DNA from: a bacterium
GTDB lineage: Bacteria > UBA10199 > 2-02-FULL-44-16 > JAAZCA01
Direction: 5' to 3'
NCBI GenBank assembly: GCA_021810905.1
Contig: JAJZQH010000007.1
Span: 70,455-134,454, forward strand
Length of the DNA stretch: 64,000 bases
This document shows, one piece after another, positions 9,081-17,766 of this stretch. The notes under the pieces are model-generated. The model was not told where the DNA came from, did not search any database, and was given only the letters and a program-made list of their open reading frames with translations. Each line of letters begins with the position of its first letter. Within the stretch, counting starts at the first letter, position 1. The position numbers were made by a program, and so were the translations under genes.

Positions 9081-9101
9081 ACATGTAGAAGAGAGGACAT
9101 A

Positions 9102-11024
9102 ATGAAACGCATAATCACGATAGTTGCATTCATCGCCATATGCTGCAGCGCCTGTGGCAACAGCACCATCACCGGCCAGACGCCGCAGGAGTCTCAAAGC
9201 AGCACGTCGGCGTTGCGTTCATTCGCGCTGGCAAGCGACTTTCCCTCGGACGTCGTAATTCCAGATATCGAAGGGATGCGCTCGACCGCGTTCATCGTCT
9301 CTGCCGCAGATCCAGCAGGAGTTCTTGCAGTAGATATCGATGCCACCCCCTTGCAGCTCTCCGCCGCATTCAAAACCTTCACGGTGCCGAACGGCGCGGG
9401 CATACCCTCAAGGCTCGCGGTTGCAGCAAAGGACCGCGCGTTCCTGCTCACATCAAACGCCGTTATTTCGTTTAATCCCGAGAGCGGCAGCGTCATCGAC
9501 ATGCAGAGCGTCATCGCGCCGATCGCCATATCCGGTACGCACAACAATTCCGACGGCAGCCTGTCCGCTCCGACCGTGACGCCATCGTACCCCGGCGGCA
9601 TCGCGACAGCCGGGGGCAGATTGTTTGTCTCATCCGCGAATTACATCCGCACGCAGGCCCCTGCGGTCACCGCGCCCGGCATTGTTCAGGTATTCGATAT
9701 CGCATCAGACGGAACGCTCGCGCCGGCCTCGCACTTTGTGACGAGCGGATTCAATCCTACGGGGCTTGCGATCAGAAACGCCTCTGAGCTCCTGGTCCTC
9801 AACTCAGGGGTGATCGATATCGTCAATGCGCAGGGCGTAGCGCAGACCGACGCATCAATAGATGTAGTGGATCTCGATACGCTCGCCATCAAGGCAACGA
9901 TTCCCTTGGGTCCGATCGCCGCCGCGCCTTACGGTATCGCCCTCACCCTCGACGGCTCGCGCGGATTCGCAGGTTCCGCTGCGTATGGCGACGCATATGA
10001 GATCGATCTGATCAACCGCCAGGTGCTCAGAGGCAAAGACAACCCGATCGTAGTGAGCGATTCTTCAGACTATGTGTCCGCGCTAGCCCTCTCCGTGGAC
10101 GATCAGTATCTCTATGCGTCGAGTTTTGAGCAGAGCGCTGTCGTGCCGTTCGATCTCTCGGCGGCAGATCCTGCACGCGGCAATCCATTTGTCGTGGGAT
10201 TTCCCTCCGGCGTCACTGACGAAAATCCATCAGGCGCAAACACCGGCGCTGGGCCGCTGGCGGTGAGGCCGGGCTCGCGCGATATCGATTATCAGGGCGA
10301 GGACCTCTTCATCCTCACGGGTTATCCCGGAACGATGATTGCGGTAAACAGCGGAGCGCCCGCGCAGAAATATACCCAGCCAACGGACGATTCAGCGTCG
10401 CAGGATAATAGCGCCGCCCAGCCGCCTCCGGCGCCGCCTTCAGGCAGCAACGGCACGCCGTGTCAGGGTTTTGCGCAGGCGGTGAAGGGCGTCGCTTACG
10501 GAACCGGCGCCGGGTTCGGCCAGGCGTCATTTCCCGACATCGTGCTTGGAGCGCCGCGCGGCGCGGGCGAACTCAGCGGAGGCACTCACGTGCTCTCGCT
10601 GGGCAAAGGCGGTGAAATAACTCTCGACCTCGGAAATTGCCCGGCCGTCGACAAAGCCGGAGACGATTTCATCGTATTCGAAAACGCATTCTACATCGGC
10701 GGCAACCCGCTGGCGCCTTACGCTGAACCGGCAATCGTGAGCGCATCTGAAGACGGCACGACATTCGTGGACTTCGCCTGCTCATCCGCCGCCTATCCGT
10801 ATGACGGATGCGCGGGCTGGCACCCGGTCTATTCCAATCCGCAGAATGCGATCAGCCCGTTCGATCCGACTGTTGCAGGCGGAGAGGCGTATGACCTGAG
10901 CGCAATAGGACTGGCGAAGGCTCGCTACATCCGCATACGCGACGCAGGAAACGGAGGAGGCGCCGGAAGCGCCGGCTTTGACCTTGATGCAATAGCGGTG
11001 ATCAACGGAGAGATAGTAAACTAA
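9102..11024 (+). CDS. lipoprotein, beta-propeller-like repeats plus a C-terminal FIVFEN...GFDLDA domain
   Basis: Start MKRIITIVAFIAICCSAC (lipobox) follows GAGAGGA. Repeated strand-rich blades are present (GGRLFVSSANY, GFNPTGLAIRNASELLVLNSG, ASIDVVDLDTL). It is a paralog of the next gene. Confidence 0.7.
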   Translation: MKRIITIVAFIAICCSACGNSTITGQTPQESQSSTSALRSFALASDFPSDVVIPDIEGMRSTAFIVSAADPAGVLAVDIDATPLQLSAAFKTFTVPNGAGIPSRLAVAAKDRAFLLTSNAVISFNPESGSVIDMQSVIAPIAISGTHNNSDGSLSAPTVTPSYPGGIATAGGRLFVSSANYIRTQAPAVTAPGIVQVFDIASDGTLAPASHFVTSGFNPTGLAIRNASELLVLNSGVIDIVNAQGVAQTDASIDVVDLDTLAIKATIPLGPIAAAPYGIALTLDGSRGFAGSAAYGDAYEIDLINRQVLRGKDNPIVVSDSSDYVSALALSVDDQYLYASSFEQSAVVPFDLSAADPARGNPFVVGFPSGVTDENPSGANTGAGPLAVRPGSRDIDYQGEDLFILTGYPGTMIAVNSGAPAQKYTQPTDDSASQDNSAAQPPPAPPSGSNGTPCQGFAQAVKGVAYGTGAGFGQASFPDIVLGAPRGAGELSGGTHVLSLGKGGEITLDLGNCPAVDKAGDDFIVFENAFYIGGNPLAPYAEPAIVSASEDGTTFVDFACSSAAYPYDGCAGWHPVYSNPQNAISPFDPTVAGGEAYDLSAIGLAKARYIRIRDAGNGGGAGSAGFDLDAIAVINGEIVN

Positions 11025-11043
11025 CGCAACTCAGGAGGATTCT

Positions 11044-12426
11044 ATGGCAATGGTTCAGGACATCTGTGCGGGGTTGGCTATGGGAGTCGCATTGGGTTTA
11101 GGCGGATGCGACGGATCGGATGCTGCGACTAATGATCCAGTGGTCAACGGGCAGGATTCGGGCATTGATTCATCGATCGATGCAGCCGATGCGATCGCGG
11201 ACAACGACCTTGATACGGGAGTATATGTTGATGCCGAAGCCGGCGAAGACATAGGCGCCCCAGACGTATATGAAGCTGCATCGGATGCATTCGATGCGCC
11301 GATAGAGAGCGGGCCGCCCGAGACTCCAGCGTCACCTATAGTGAATTTCTACTCAGATGCACCCTGCGCGTTTCCCGCGAGCATCGCGTACGATCCCACC
11401 GCCAACGCGCTGATGATGGCGTGCGGCGGCGCGACAAACGAGCTATTCATGTCTCCTCCGCTGGGCGACAGCGGCGCCTGGTCTTCCATCGGGACGATCG
11501 GTGGATATCCGTCGTATCACCTCCCGCTCGACTCTCGCTATCATGTCGCGAACCATTCCATGCCTGACGGCGCAACGATCATCGACGCGCAGACCGGTCT
11601 TGCCACTGCAGAAGTCGCATTCTCCGCGCTCGCGCTCAAGGACGAAACAAATCAGGCTCTCGGATTTGTCCCGAACAACCCAACCGGAGCGCTGCTCGCA
11701 GGCGGAAGGTTATGCGTCGCCACGTCGAATCTCGACCACATGGATATGGATCCAGCGCTCACCACTTTTTTTCCAGGCACCGTGATCTGCATTCCCTATA
11801 ATGGAGGCGGAACACTGGATACATCGTCCGCGCGAGCGATCCATACATCCGGCGTAAACCCAACCGGCATGACGCTCATCGATGCGACTCTCAAGCCGGA
11901 TGGCACGCAGCGCTTTGCAGTGCTCTCCTCCGGAGGCTATGCGCCATCGCCCGACAAGACGGCCGCCTTCGACGTCTTCACCTGGTCTTCAGCGGCGCAA
12001 TCATTTACGCGTTCGTCAACGCCCCTTGGGCAGATCACCGCGCAGATATCGCCAGTCATGCCCATGACCGATGGAGGGCTGATATTGTTCGGCGTGCAGA
12101 AGCCCGATAACAGGTTGATGGGCATCGACGCTACGACGGGCCTGGTAAGCTTTGACCGCGAGATGCCGGACGTTCAGAATTTCATCGCGGCCGTCAATAC
12201 AAACGGACACGTAGCAGCGGCATCGGATTTTGGCGTCTTCGGCCAGGGAGGCAGCGTGCTCTTCTACGATCTGAATGCGAACGGATGGCAGGGCACACCG
12301 ATTTCTCCGCTAGAGGGCTCGGCAGGACCTGCCCTGGTCATAGGTGGCGTGCTCTATCAGACGGTCACGTCGAATGATGCTTCGAGCGGCAGCGTCTGGA
12401 CGGTCGATATGGGAGGGATGCAGTGA
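11044..12426 (+). CDS. lipoprotein, paralog of the preceding gene (acidic linker plus propeller-like body)
   Basis: Signal/lipobox is LAMGVALGLGGC. Motifs shared with the 9102 gene are GGRLCVATSNL vs GGRLFVSSANY and GVNPTGMTLI vs GFNPTGLAI. Confidence 0.7.
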   Translation: MAMVQDICAGLAMGVALGLGGCDGSDAATNDPVVNGQDSGIDSSIDAADAIADNDLDTGVYVDAEAGEDIGAPDVYEAASDAFDAPIESGPPETPASPIVNFYSDAPCAFPASIAYDPTANALMMACGGATNELFMSPPLGDSGAWSSIGTIGGYPSYHLPLDSRYHVANHSMPDGATIIDAQTGLATAEVAFSALALKDETNQALGFVPNNPTGALLAGGRLCVATSNLDHMDMDPALTTFFPGTVICIPYNGGGTLDTSSARAIHTSGVNPTGMTLIDATLKPDGTQRFAVLSSGGYAPSPDKTAAFDVFTWSSAAQSFTRSSTPLGQITAQISPVMPMTDGGLILFGVQKPDNRLMGIDATTGLVSFDREMPDVQNFIAAVNTNGHVAAASDFGVFGQGGSVLFYDLNANGWQGTPISPLEGSAGPALVIGGVLYQTVTSNDASSGSVWTVDMGGMQ

Positions 12427-13358
12427 TCACGCGCGATGCAGAGCGGTACGTCAGTACGTTGGTACGTTGGTACGTTGGCACATCAGTAAAACTGTGCGTT
12501 CTTGCCAGCGCGCTGATCTGTTGCATAATGGCAGGATCATCTGCAGCATACGCAACGGCTCCGCAGAGGGTCGTGTCGCTCAAGCCTTCGATCACCGACG
12601 TGGTCTATGCGCTGGGGCTTGGAGATCGACTGATCGGCGTGACGCGCTATTGCTTCGCGCCGGATGGCATGCGCAAACCCGAGGTCGTGGCCGACTACAC
12701 GCGGCCGTATTCCGAGCGCATCGTTGCGCTCTCGCCTGATATCGTCCTCGGTTCTATGGAGAACTCGAGCCGCAGATCGATTGAATCGCTCGAACAGACC
12801 GGAATCAGGGTGGAGCTCTTTCCATTCACCACGCTCGCCGATACGATGCAGTCGATACGAAAAATTGCCGCGGTTCTCGGCGAGCCCGCACGCGGGGAGG
12901 CTCTGGCGCGGGATATTCAAGCGAAGCTCGACGCCCTGAAAGCGCGTTGGTCCGGCAGCGCCCCATTGCGCGCGGTCGTCGTGTGGGGCACAAGGCCGCT
13001 GGTCGTGGCAGGGCCGGGCGCATACATGGACGAGCTCCTCGCGTCAGTGGGCGCGGAGAATGCGGTGCGCGCAACGAAGATCAAATACCCGCGCATCGGC
13101 CTTGAGGAGCTCATCGCCATCGACCCTGACGTGATCGTGGATCTGTCGATGGGCAGCGAGGCAGCAAAATCCGCTCAAGGCGATCGGCCGTGGAACAATG
13201 CTTCAACGCTCAAGGCAGTTCGCGAGGGGAAGGTAATAGCCATGGACGCAGGGATGTTCCGCGCCGGGCCGAGGCTTGTGGAGGGACTGACGCGCCTCGC
13301 GGAGTTGCTTCATGAAGACAAATCCCCCTCCTTTGTAAGGAGGGGTAAGGGGAGGTAG
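12423..13358 (+). CDS. btuF: ABC-transporter periplasmic binding protein, BtuF/TroA-like
   Basis: RVVSLKPSITDVVYALGLGDRLIGVT, SPDIVLG and IDPDVIVDL are typical class III (cobalamin/siderophore) binding-protein motifs. The start is uncertain: GTG 12423 overlaps the upstream stop, and later TTG codons are possible. Confidence 0.85.
   Translation: MITRDAERYVSTLVRWYVGTSVKLCVLASALICCIMAGSSAAYATAPQRVVSLKPSITDVVYALGLGDRLIGVTRYCFAPDGMRKPEVVADYTRPYSERIVALSPDIVLGSMENSSRRSIESLEQTGIRVELFPFTTLADTMQSIRKIAAVLGEPARGEALARDIQAKLDALKARWSGSAPLRAVVVWGTRPLVVAGPGAYMDELLASVGAENAVRATKIKYPRIGLEELIAIDPDVIVDLSMGSEAAKSAQGDRPWNNASTLKAVREGKVIAMDAGMFRAGPRLVEGLTRLAELLHEDKSPSFVRRGKGR
12446..12478. repeat. tandem octamer tract (GTACGTTG x3 plus one degenerate unit) inside the btuF 5' region
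   Basis: GTACGTCAGTACGTTGGTACGTTGGTACGTTGG encodes RYVSTLVRWYVG ahead of the hydrophobic signal core. Confidence 0.7.
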
Positions 13359-13402
13359 ATCCAGATCTACCCCCTCCAACTCCCCCTTACAAAGGGGGAG
13401 GG
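13324..13402. repeat. palindromic element CCCCTCCTTTGTAAGGAGGGG...GATCT...CCCCTTACAAAGGGGGAGGG (copy 1)
   Basis: This composite palindrome overlaps the btuF 3' end (encoding SPSFVRRGKGR*). The same family occurs in-frame in queG (56759-56846), with a degenerate copy at 52386-52466. Confidence 0.8.
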
Positions 13403-13409
13403 AATTATT

Positions 13410-14408
13410 ATGAAACCCTTTCTCACATACCGCCGTTGGGTCGGTGCAAATCTCTTGCTCCTCGCGCTGCTTGCGCTGGCGGCAATTGCCGCGCTCTCCA
13501 TCGGTTCAGAATCGGTGAGTCTTGGCGATGTATTCACTCCCGGCACCAGGGCGCACGCCATCGTATTCGAGTCGCGGCTTCCGAGGGTTCTGCTGGCTGC
13601 TCTCGTGGGCATAGCGCTCGCCTCATCCGGGAGCGCGTTCCAGGCCCTGCTCAGAAATCCGCTCGCGGATCCTTTCATACTGGGAGTGTCGGGCGGCGCG
13701 GCCCTCGGCGCCATAGCATCGGTGGGTTTCGGACTTTCGTTTGCAGGACAATCCGCAGCCGCGTTCGCCGGCGCCGGAGCTTCGATGCTCATGATCTTCG
13801 GACTCGCCCGCGCGCGCGGACGACTCTCGCCGACTACTCTTCTGCTCACCGGAGTCATATTCAACGCGTTCTGTTTTGCTCTCATCCTCTTCGTGAACGC
13901 CATCGTCACCATGGAGGAATCGTACCAGATCCTCTTCCTGTTGATCGGAAATCTGGAAGCGACCGGCATGCGAGTGGTGCTCATGCTCGGCGCGTTTGTA
14001 GTTACCGGCTTTGCCCTGCTCTGCGCGTGCGCGTGGCGCATGAACCTCATGGCGCTGGGCGAGGACGAGGCCATAAGTATGGGCGTGGACGTTTCGCGCC
14101 TCAAGGTCTGGGTCTTTGCCGCCGCGTCGCTCATGGTGGGCGCCGCGGTCGCCGCATCCGGGCTCATCGGCTTTGTTGGACTCTTCGTACCGCACATTGT
14201 GAGGCTTGTGGCGGGGAGCGACCACAGGCTGCTGGTGCCCGCATCCGGGCTCGCGGGAGCCGCGTTCCTGATCATGGCTGATGCTGCGGCGCGAACCATA
14301 CTCATGCACACGGGCTATGCGACCGAACTGCCGGCCGGCGTGGTAACGGCGCTCGTCGGCGCACCGATGTTTCTGCTGCTGCTGAGGAGGCAACAGACTC
14401 GCATATGA
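13410..14408 (+). CDS. btuC: FecCD-family ABC permease, BtuC-like
   Basis: 332-aa polytopic membrane protein with RLPRVLLAALVGIALASSGSAFQALLRNPLADPFILGVSGGAALG, the FecCD/BtuC signature. Confidence 0.9.
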   Translation: MKPFLTYRRWVGANLLLLALLALAAIAALSIGSESVSLGDVFTPGTRAHAIVFESRLPRVLLAALVGIALASSGSAFQALLRNPLADPFILGVSGGAALGAIASVGFGLSFAGQSAAAFAGAGASMLMIFGLARARGRLSPTTLLLTGVIFNAFCFALILFVNAIVTMEESYQILFLLIGNLEATGMRVVLMLGAFVVTGFALLCACAWRMNLMALGEDEAISMGVDVSRLKVWVFAAASLMVGAAVAASGLIGFVGLFVPHIVRLVAGSDHRLLVPASGLAGAAFLIMADAAARTILMHTGYATELPAGVVTALVGAPMFLLLLRRQQTRI

Positions 14409-14415
14409 TGCCCTG

Positions 14416-14500
14416 AAGTGTCATTGCGAGGACGCAGTCCGAAGCAATCCCACGGAGTCCTGGGGATTGCCACGCCGCTTCGCGGCTCGCAATGACACTT
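14416..14500. repeat. cruciform element GTGTCATTGCGAG...GCAATCC...GGATTGC...CTCGCAATGACAC
   Basis: The outer 13-bp and inner 7-bp inverted repeats lie in the btuC-btuD spacer. A half copy occurs at 7108-7142. Confidence 0.75.
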
Positions 14501-14515
14501 GGGCTGAGGATTTCT

Positions 14516-15295
14516 ATGTCGATTATTTTGGAAGCAAACGATGTTAGCTTTTCCTTCGGCGCCCTCAACGTGCTGCGCGGGGTGAGCGTCACCGTGTGCA
14601 AAGGCACGGTGACCGGAATCATCGGTCCCAACGGCGCTGGAAAATCCACGCTCATGCGCATTCTCGCGGGGACGCTCTCCCCTGCTTCAGGAAGCGTAAT
14701 ACTGGACGGAAAGCCTGTGGCAAGGATGCATCCTGGAGAACGCGCACGGCACATCGCGGTCGTGCCTCAGGAGACGCACATACCGTTCCCTTTCACCGCA
14801 CTCGAAATCGTGCTCATGGGCCGCGCGCCATACCTGCCCGCGTTCGGCTTTGAGTCGCGGCACGACGTAGACGTCGCAATGGCGGCGCTTAACGCCACCG
14901 ACTGCACCCATCTCGCGGGACGCGACATCGCCGAACTCTCCGGCGGCGAACGAAGACGCGTGATCATAGCGCGCGCGCTTGCTCAGGAGACCTCGATCCT
15001 CCTGCTCGATGAGCCGATGAGCTTTCTCGACCTGCGCCATTCGTCGGAACTCGCAAGGCTCCTGAGGGAGAAGGCGCGCTCCTCAAATCTCGCTTCAGTT
15101 GCGGTCATGCACGATCTCAACCTCGCGGCCGCGTTCTGCGACAGGATAATTATCCTCAAGGACGGGTCGATCTCCGCGGAAGGAACGCCCGCCGAGACGA
15201 TCTCCTCAGGCGTGATCGGCTCCGCATTCAACGTCCGCGTGAGCACCGGACGCGACCCCGCCACCGGCGCACCGTATTGCATACCTGCGCAATAG
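14516..15295 (+). CDS. btuD: ABC transporter ATP-binding protein, BtuD/FepC-like
   Basis: Walker A is GPNGAGKST, the signature is LSGGERRRV and Walker B is LLLDEP. Start is taken at ATG 14516 after TGAGGA; the ORF-track start 14492 lies inside the repeat. Confidence 0.9.
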   Translation: MSIILEANDVSFSFGALNVLRGVSVTVCKGTVTGIIGPNGAGKSTLMRILAGTLSPASGSVILDGKPVARMHPGERARHIAVVPQETHIPFPFTALEIVLMGRAPYLPAFGFESRHDVDVAMAALNATDCTHLAGRDIAELSGGERRRVIIARALAQETSILLLDEPMSFLDLRHSSELARLLREKARSSNLASVAVMHDLNLAAAFCDRIIILKDGSISAEGTPAETISSGVIGSAFNVRVSTGRDPATGAPYCIPAQ

Positions 15296-15379
15296 CAGGG
15301 ATCTCCGTGACTGCTGCGCAAAATCGAACTTTACACTCATTCGAGGCATTGCTAACTTGCGCGCGTGAAAGGGGGCCTG

Positions 15380-16255
15380 ATGGCGGCAGAGATCAGAAAG
15401 GCCGTGATTCCAGCTGGCGGTCTCGGTACGCGGTTTCTACCGGTCACAAAGTCGGTCCCAAAGGAACTTTTGCCGATAGGCAACAGGCCTACCATCCAGA
15501 TAGTGCTCGAAGAAGCCGTTGAATCGGGAATCGAAGAGATCATCCTCATCACCTCTCCGCAGAAAGCGCACATTCTGGATTTTTTCATGCGCGACACGCA
15601 CTACACGCGCGAACTCGAACAGCGCGGCAAGGGAGAGTTGTTGGGCGAGCTGCGCGAACTGCTCGAATGCGTCCGCGTCATTGAGGTTCTTCAGAATGAA
15701 GCACGCGGCCTCGGCCACGCAGTCTTCTGCGCGAAGGAAGCAGTGGGCGACGAACCGTTTGTCGTGATACTGCCCGACGTGCTGATAGCCAGCCGCGTCC
15801 CGTGCTGCCTGCAGCTGATGAACGCCTATGAGGAATGCGGATGTTCGGTGTCGGCCACGGAGCACACGCCGCGCGAGAGAATTTCGCTCTACGGAATCTA
15901 CGACGTGGCGCACAGCGAGGGCAGGCTCCACTGGGCGCGCGGGGTTGTTGAAAAACCCTCGCCAGACAAGGCGCCGTCCGATTTATCGGTAGTGGGGCGC
16001 TATCTCTTCTCGCCCGAGATCTTCGACGAACTTGCGAAGACAAAGCAGGATCGCAGCGGAGAGATCCAACTGGCCGATGCGATGAACGCCCTCGCCGCAA
16101 AGGGAAGGATGGCGGCATTTGAATACGAGGGCCGCCAGTTCGACACCGGCGACCCGATAGGGTTTCTCAAGGCGAATATCTACTACAGCTGGAATTCGGC
16201 GCCAAAGGAACTGACCGAATTCATGAACGAGATGATAAGAGGGACACCTCAATAA
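15380..16255 (+). CDS. galU: UTP--glucose-1-phosphate uridylyltransferase
   Basis: KAVIPAGGLGTRFLPVTKSVPKELLPI, LGHAV and VGRYLF are GalU hallmarks. Confidence 0.9.
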   Translation: MAAEIRKAVIPAGGLGTRFLPVTKSVPKELLPIGNRPTIQIVLEEAVESGIEEIILITSPQKAHILDFFMRDTHYTRELEQRGKGELLGELRELLECVRVIEVLQNEARGLGHAVFCAKEAVGDEPFVVILPDVLIASRVPCCLQLMNAYEECGCSVSATEHTPRERISLYGIYDVAHSEGRLHWARGVVEKPSPDKAPSDLSVVGRYLFSPEIFDELAKTKQDRSGEIQLADAMNALAAKGRMAAFEYEGRQFDTGDPIGFLKANIYYSWNSAPKELTEFMNEMIRGTPQ

Positions 16256-16263
16256 ACCTTGTT

Positions 16264-16394
16264 TTAGGGGACCTCTAAGAACCGTCCAGATGCAAGGCGC
16301 CCGACTGAGGCCGGCCGAGTCGTACTTGAAGTACGTCGCAGGCCGTGCCGATGGAGGGCAACGCAGCAGATGGGCGGTTATTAGAGGTCCCCGG
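16264..16394. repeat. 131-bp long-stem structured element (possible MITE or ncRNA)
   Basis: TTAGGGGACCTCTAAGAACCGTCC pairs with GGGCGGTTATTAGAGGTCCCCGG. The interior holds further stems (CGACT..AGTCG, CGTAC..GTACG). It lies between galU and asnS. Confidence 0.5.
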
Positions 16395-16411
16395 AGGAAA
16401 AAAGTAAAGCT

Positions 16412-17701
16412 ATGGACATCTTCATTCATGACATCGCAAAACACATCGACCACGAAATCACGGTCAAGGGCTGGGTCTACAACGCGCGCTCGTCGGGCAA
16501 GATAACGTTTTTGCAGATCCGCGACGGCTCCGGCTTCGTGCAGGGCATCGTCCACCAGCCGGACGTGTCCGCGCAGGTCTGGGACGATGCGCACCGCGCC
16601 ACGCTTGAGAGCTCGGTGATAGTCACGGGCAAGGTCGCAAAGCATCCGAAGCGGGACGAGTACGAACTCCACGTCACAGGCCTCACCCTCGTGCAGATAT
16701 CGCCAGAATACCCGATTGGAAAAAAAGAGCACGGCCCCGATTTTCTGCTCGACCAGCGCCACCTGTGGCTTCGCTCGAAGAAGCAGTGGGCGATCCAGCG
16801 CGTGCGCAACACGATCATCAACGCGACCTACGAGTGGTTCAACAACAACGGTTTCATAAAGATCGACTCCCCTATTCTCACGCCCGCTGCCTGCGAAGGG
16901 ACGTCCACGCTCTTTGAGGTCGATTACTTCGATCTCGGCAAGGCGTATCTCTCGCAGTCGGGCCAGCTCTACATCGAGGCGGCCATAATGAGCCACGGCC
17001 GCGTCTTCGACTTCGGCCCCGTCTTCCGCGCGGAGAAGAGCAAGACGCGCCGGCACCTCACGGAGTTCTGGATGATGGATGCGGAGATGGCCTTCTGCGA
17101 TCATAAATTGAATTTGGAGATCCAGGAACAGCTCATAGGGCACATCGTTGCCCGCGCGATAGAGATGAGTACGGAAGAACTGGTGATACTCGAGCGCGAT
17201 ATCGAAAAGCTCAGCAAGGCCGTCCCGCCCTTCCCGCGCATGACGCACGCGGAGGCGGTGACGAAGTTGCGCGCTATGGGCAGCGACATCCCATTTGACG
17301 ACGATCTGGGCGGAGACGACGAGACCCTGCTCACTCAGGATGCGGACAAGCCCATCTTCATCGAGAAGTATCCGGCCAAGGTGAAGGCGTTCTACATGAA
17401 GCGCGACCCGCAGAACGAGGAGCTGGCACTCTGCGCGGATATGCTGGCGCCGGAGGGATTCGGCGAGATCATCGGCGGCTCGCAGCGCGAGGACGATTAC
17501 GATACATTGATCCGCCGCATCGACGAGAACGGCCTGCCGCGCAGCGCATTCGAATGGTATCTCGATCTGAGGAAATACGGCAGCGTGCCGCACTCGGGCT
17601 TCGGCTACGGACTTGAGAGGCTCACGGGCTGGATCTGCGGCGTGCGCCACATCCGCGAGACGATCCCGTTCCCGAGGATGATAACGAGATTAACTCCGTG
17701 A
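16412..17701 (+). CDS. asnS: asparagine--tRNA ligase
   Basis: Class IIb synthetase, 429 aa. Motifs: FRAEKSKTRRHLTEFWMMDAEMAF, GGSQRE, GFGYGLERL..W..G..HIRE.IPFPR. Confidence 0.9.
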   Translation: MDIFIHDIAKHIDHEITVKGWVYNARSSGKITFLQIRDGSGFVQGIVHQPDVSAQVWDDAHRATLESSVIVTGKVAKHPKRDEYELHVTGLTLVQISPEYPIGKKEHGPDFLLDQRHLWLRSKKQWAIQRVRNTIINATYEWFNNNGFIKIDSPILTPAACEGTSTLFEVDYFDLGKAYLSQSGQLYIEAAIMSHGRVFDFGPVFRAEKSKTRRHLTEFWMMDAEMAFCDHKLNLEIQEQLIGHIVARAIEMSTEELVILERDIEKLSKAVPPFPRMTHAEAVTKLRAMGSDIPFDDDLGGDDETLLTQDADKPIFIEKYPAKVKAFYMKRDPQNEELALCADMLAPEGFGEIIGGSQREDDYDTLIRRIDENGLPRSAFEWYLDLRKYGSVPHSGFGYGLERLTGWICGVRHIRETIPFPRMITRLTP

Positions 17702-17762
17702 TTCGTGGATCGTGGTTCGTATAACCCTGAGGGGTTGCGATTCACGAATCACGATTTACGGC
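17699..17762. terminator. heptamer-arm hairpin (CGTGRWT words), type-2 loop
   Basis: GTGATTCGTGGATCGTGGTTCGT, loop ATAACCCTGAGGGGTT, then GCGATTCACGAATCACGATTTACG. The asnS TGA is the first word of the 5' arm. Confidence 0.6.
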
Positions 17763-17766
17763 TTTT

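Noticed and set aside
13367-14393. Three long alternative-frame or antisense ORFs (13367-14311 minus, 13436-14281 plus, 13623-14393 minus) over btuC
   Set aside because: The btuC frame has the FecCD signature and a TM pattern. The others are Arg/Ser/Ala-rich low-complexity translations typical of off-frame GC-rich DNA.
16264-16411. T-box leader upstream of asnS
   Set aside because: There is no T-box sequence (AGGGTGGTACCGCG-like) and no specifier-loop architecture. The element is better described as a long-stem repeat.
15983-17650. 555-aa ORF on the minus strand covering almost all of asnS
   Set aside because: It is an antisense shadow ORF of a GC-rich gene. Its composition is Arg/Ala/His/Leu-biased and it has no recognisable motif, whereas the plus-strand frame carries unambiguous AsnRS motifs.
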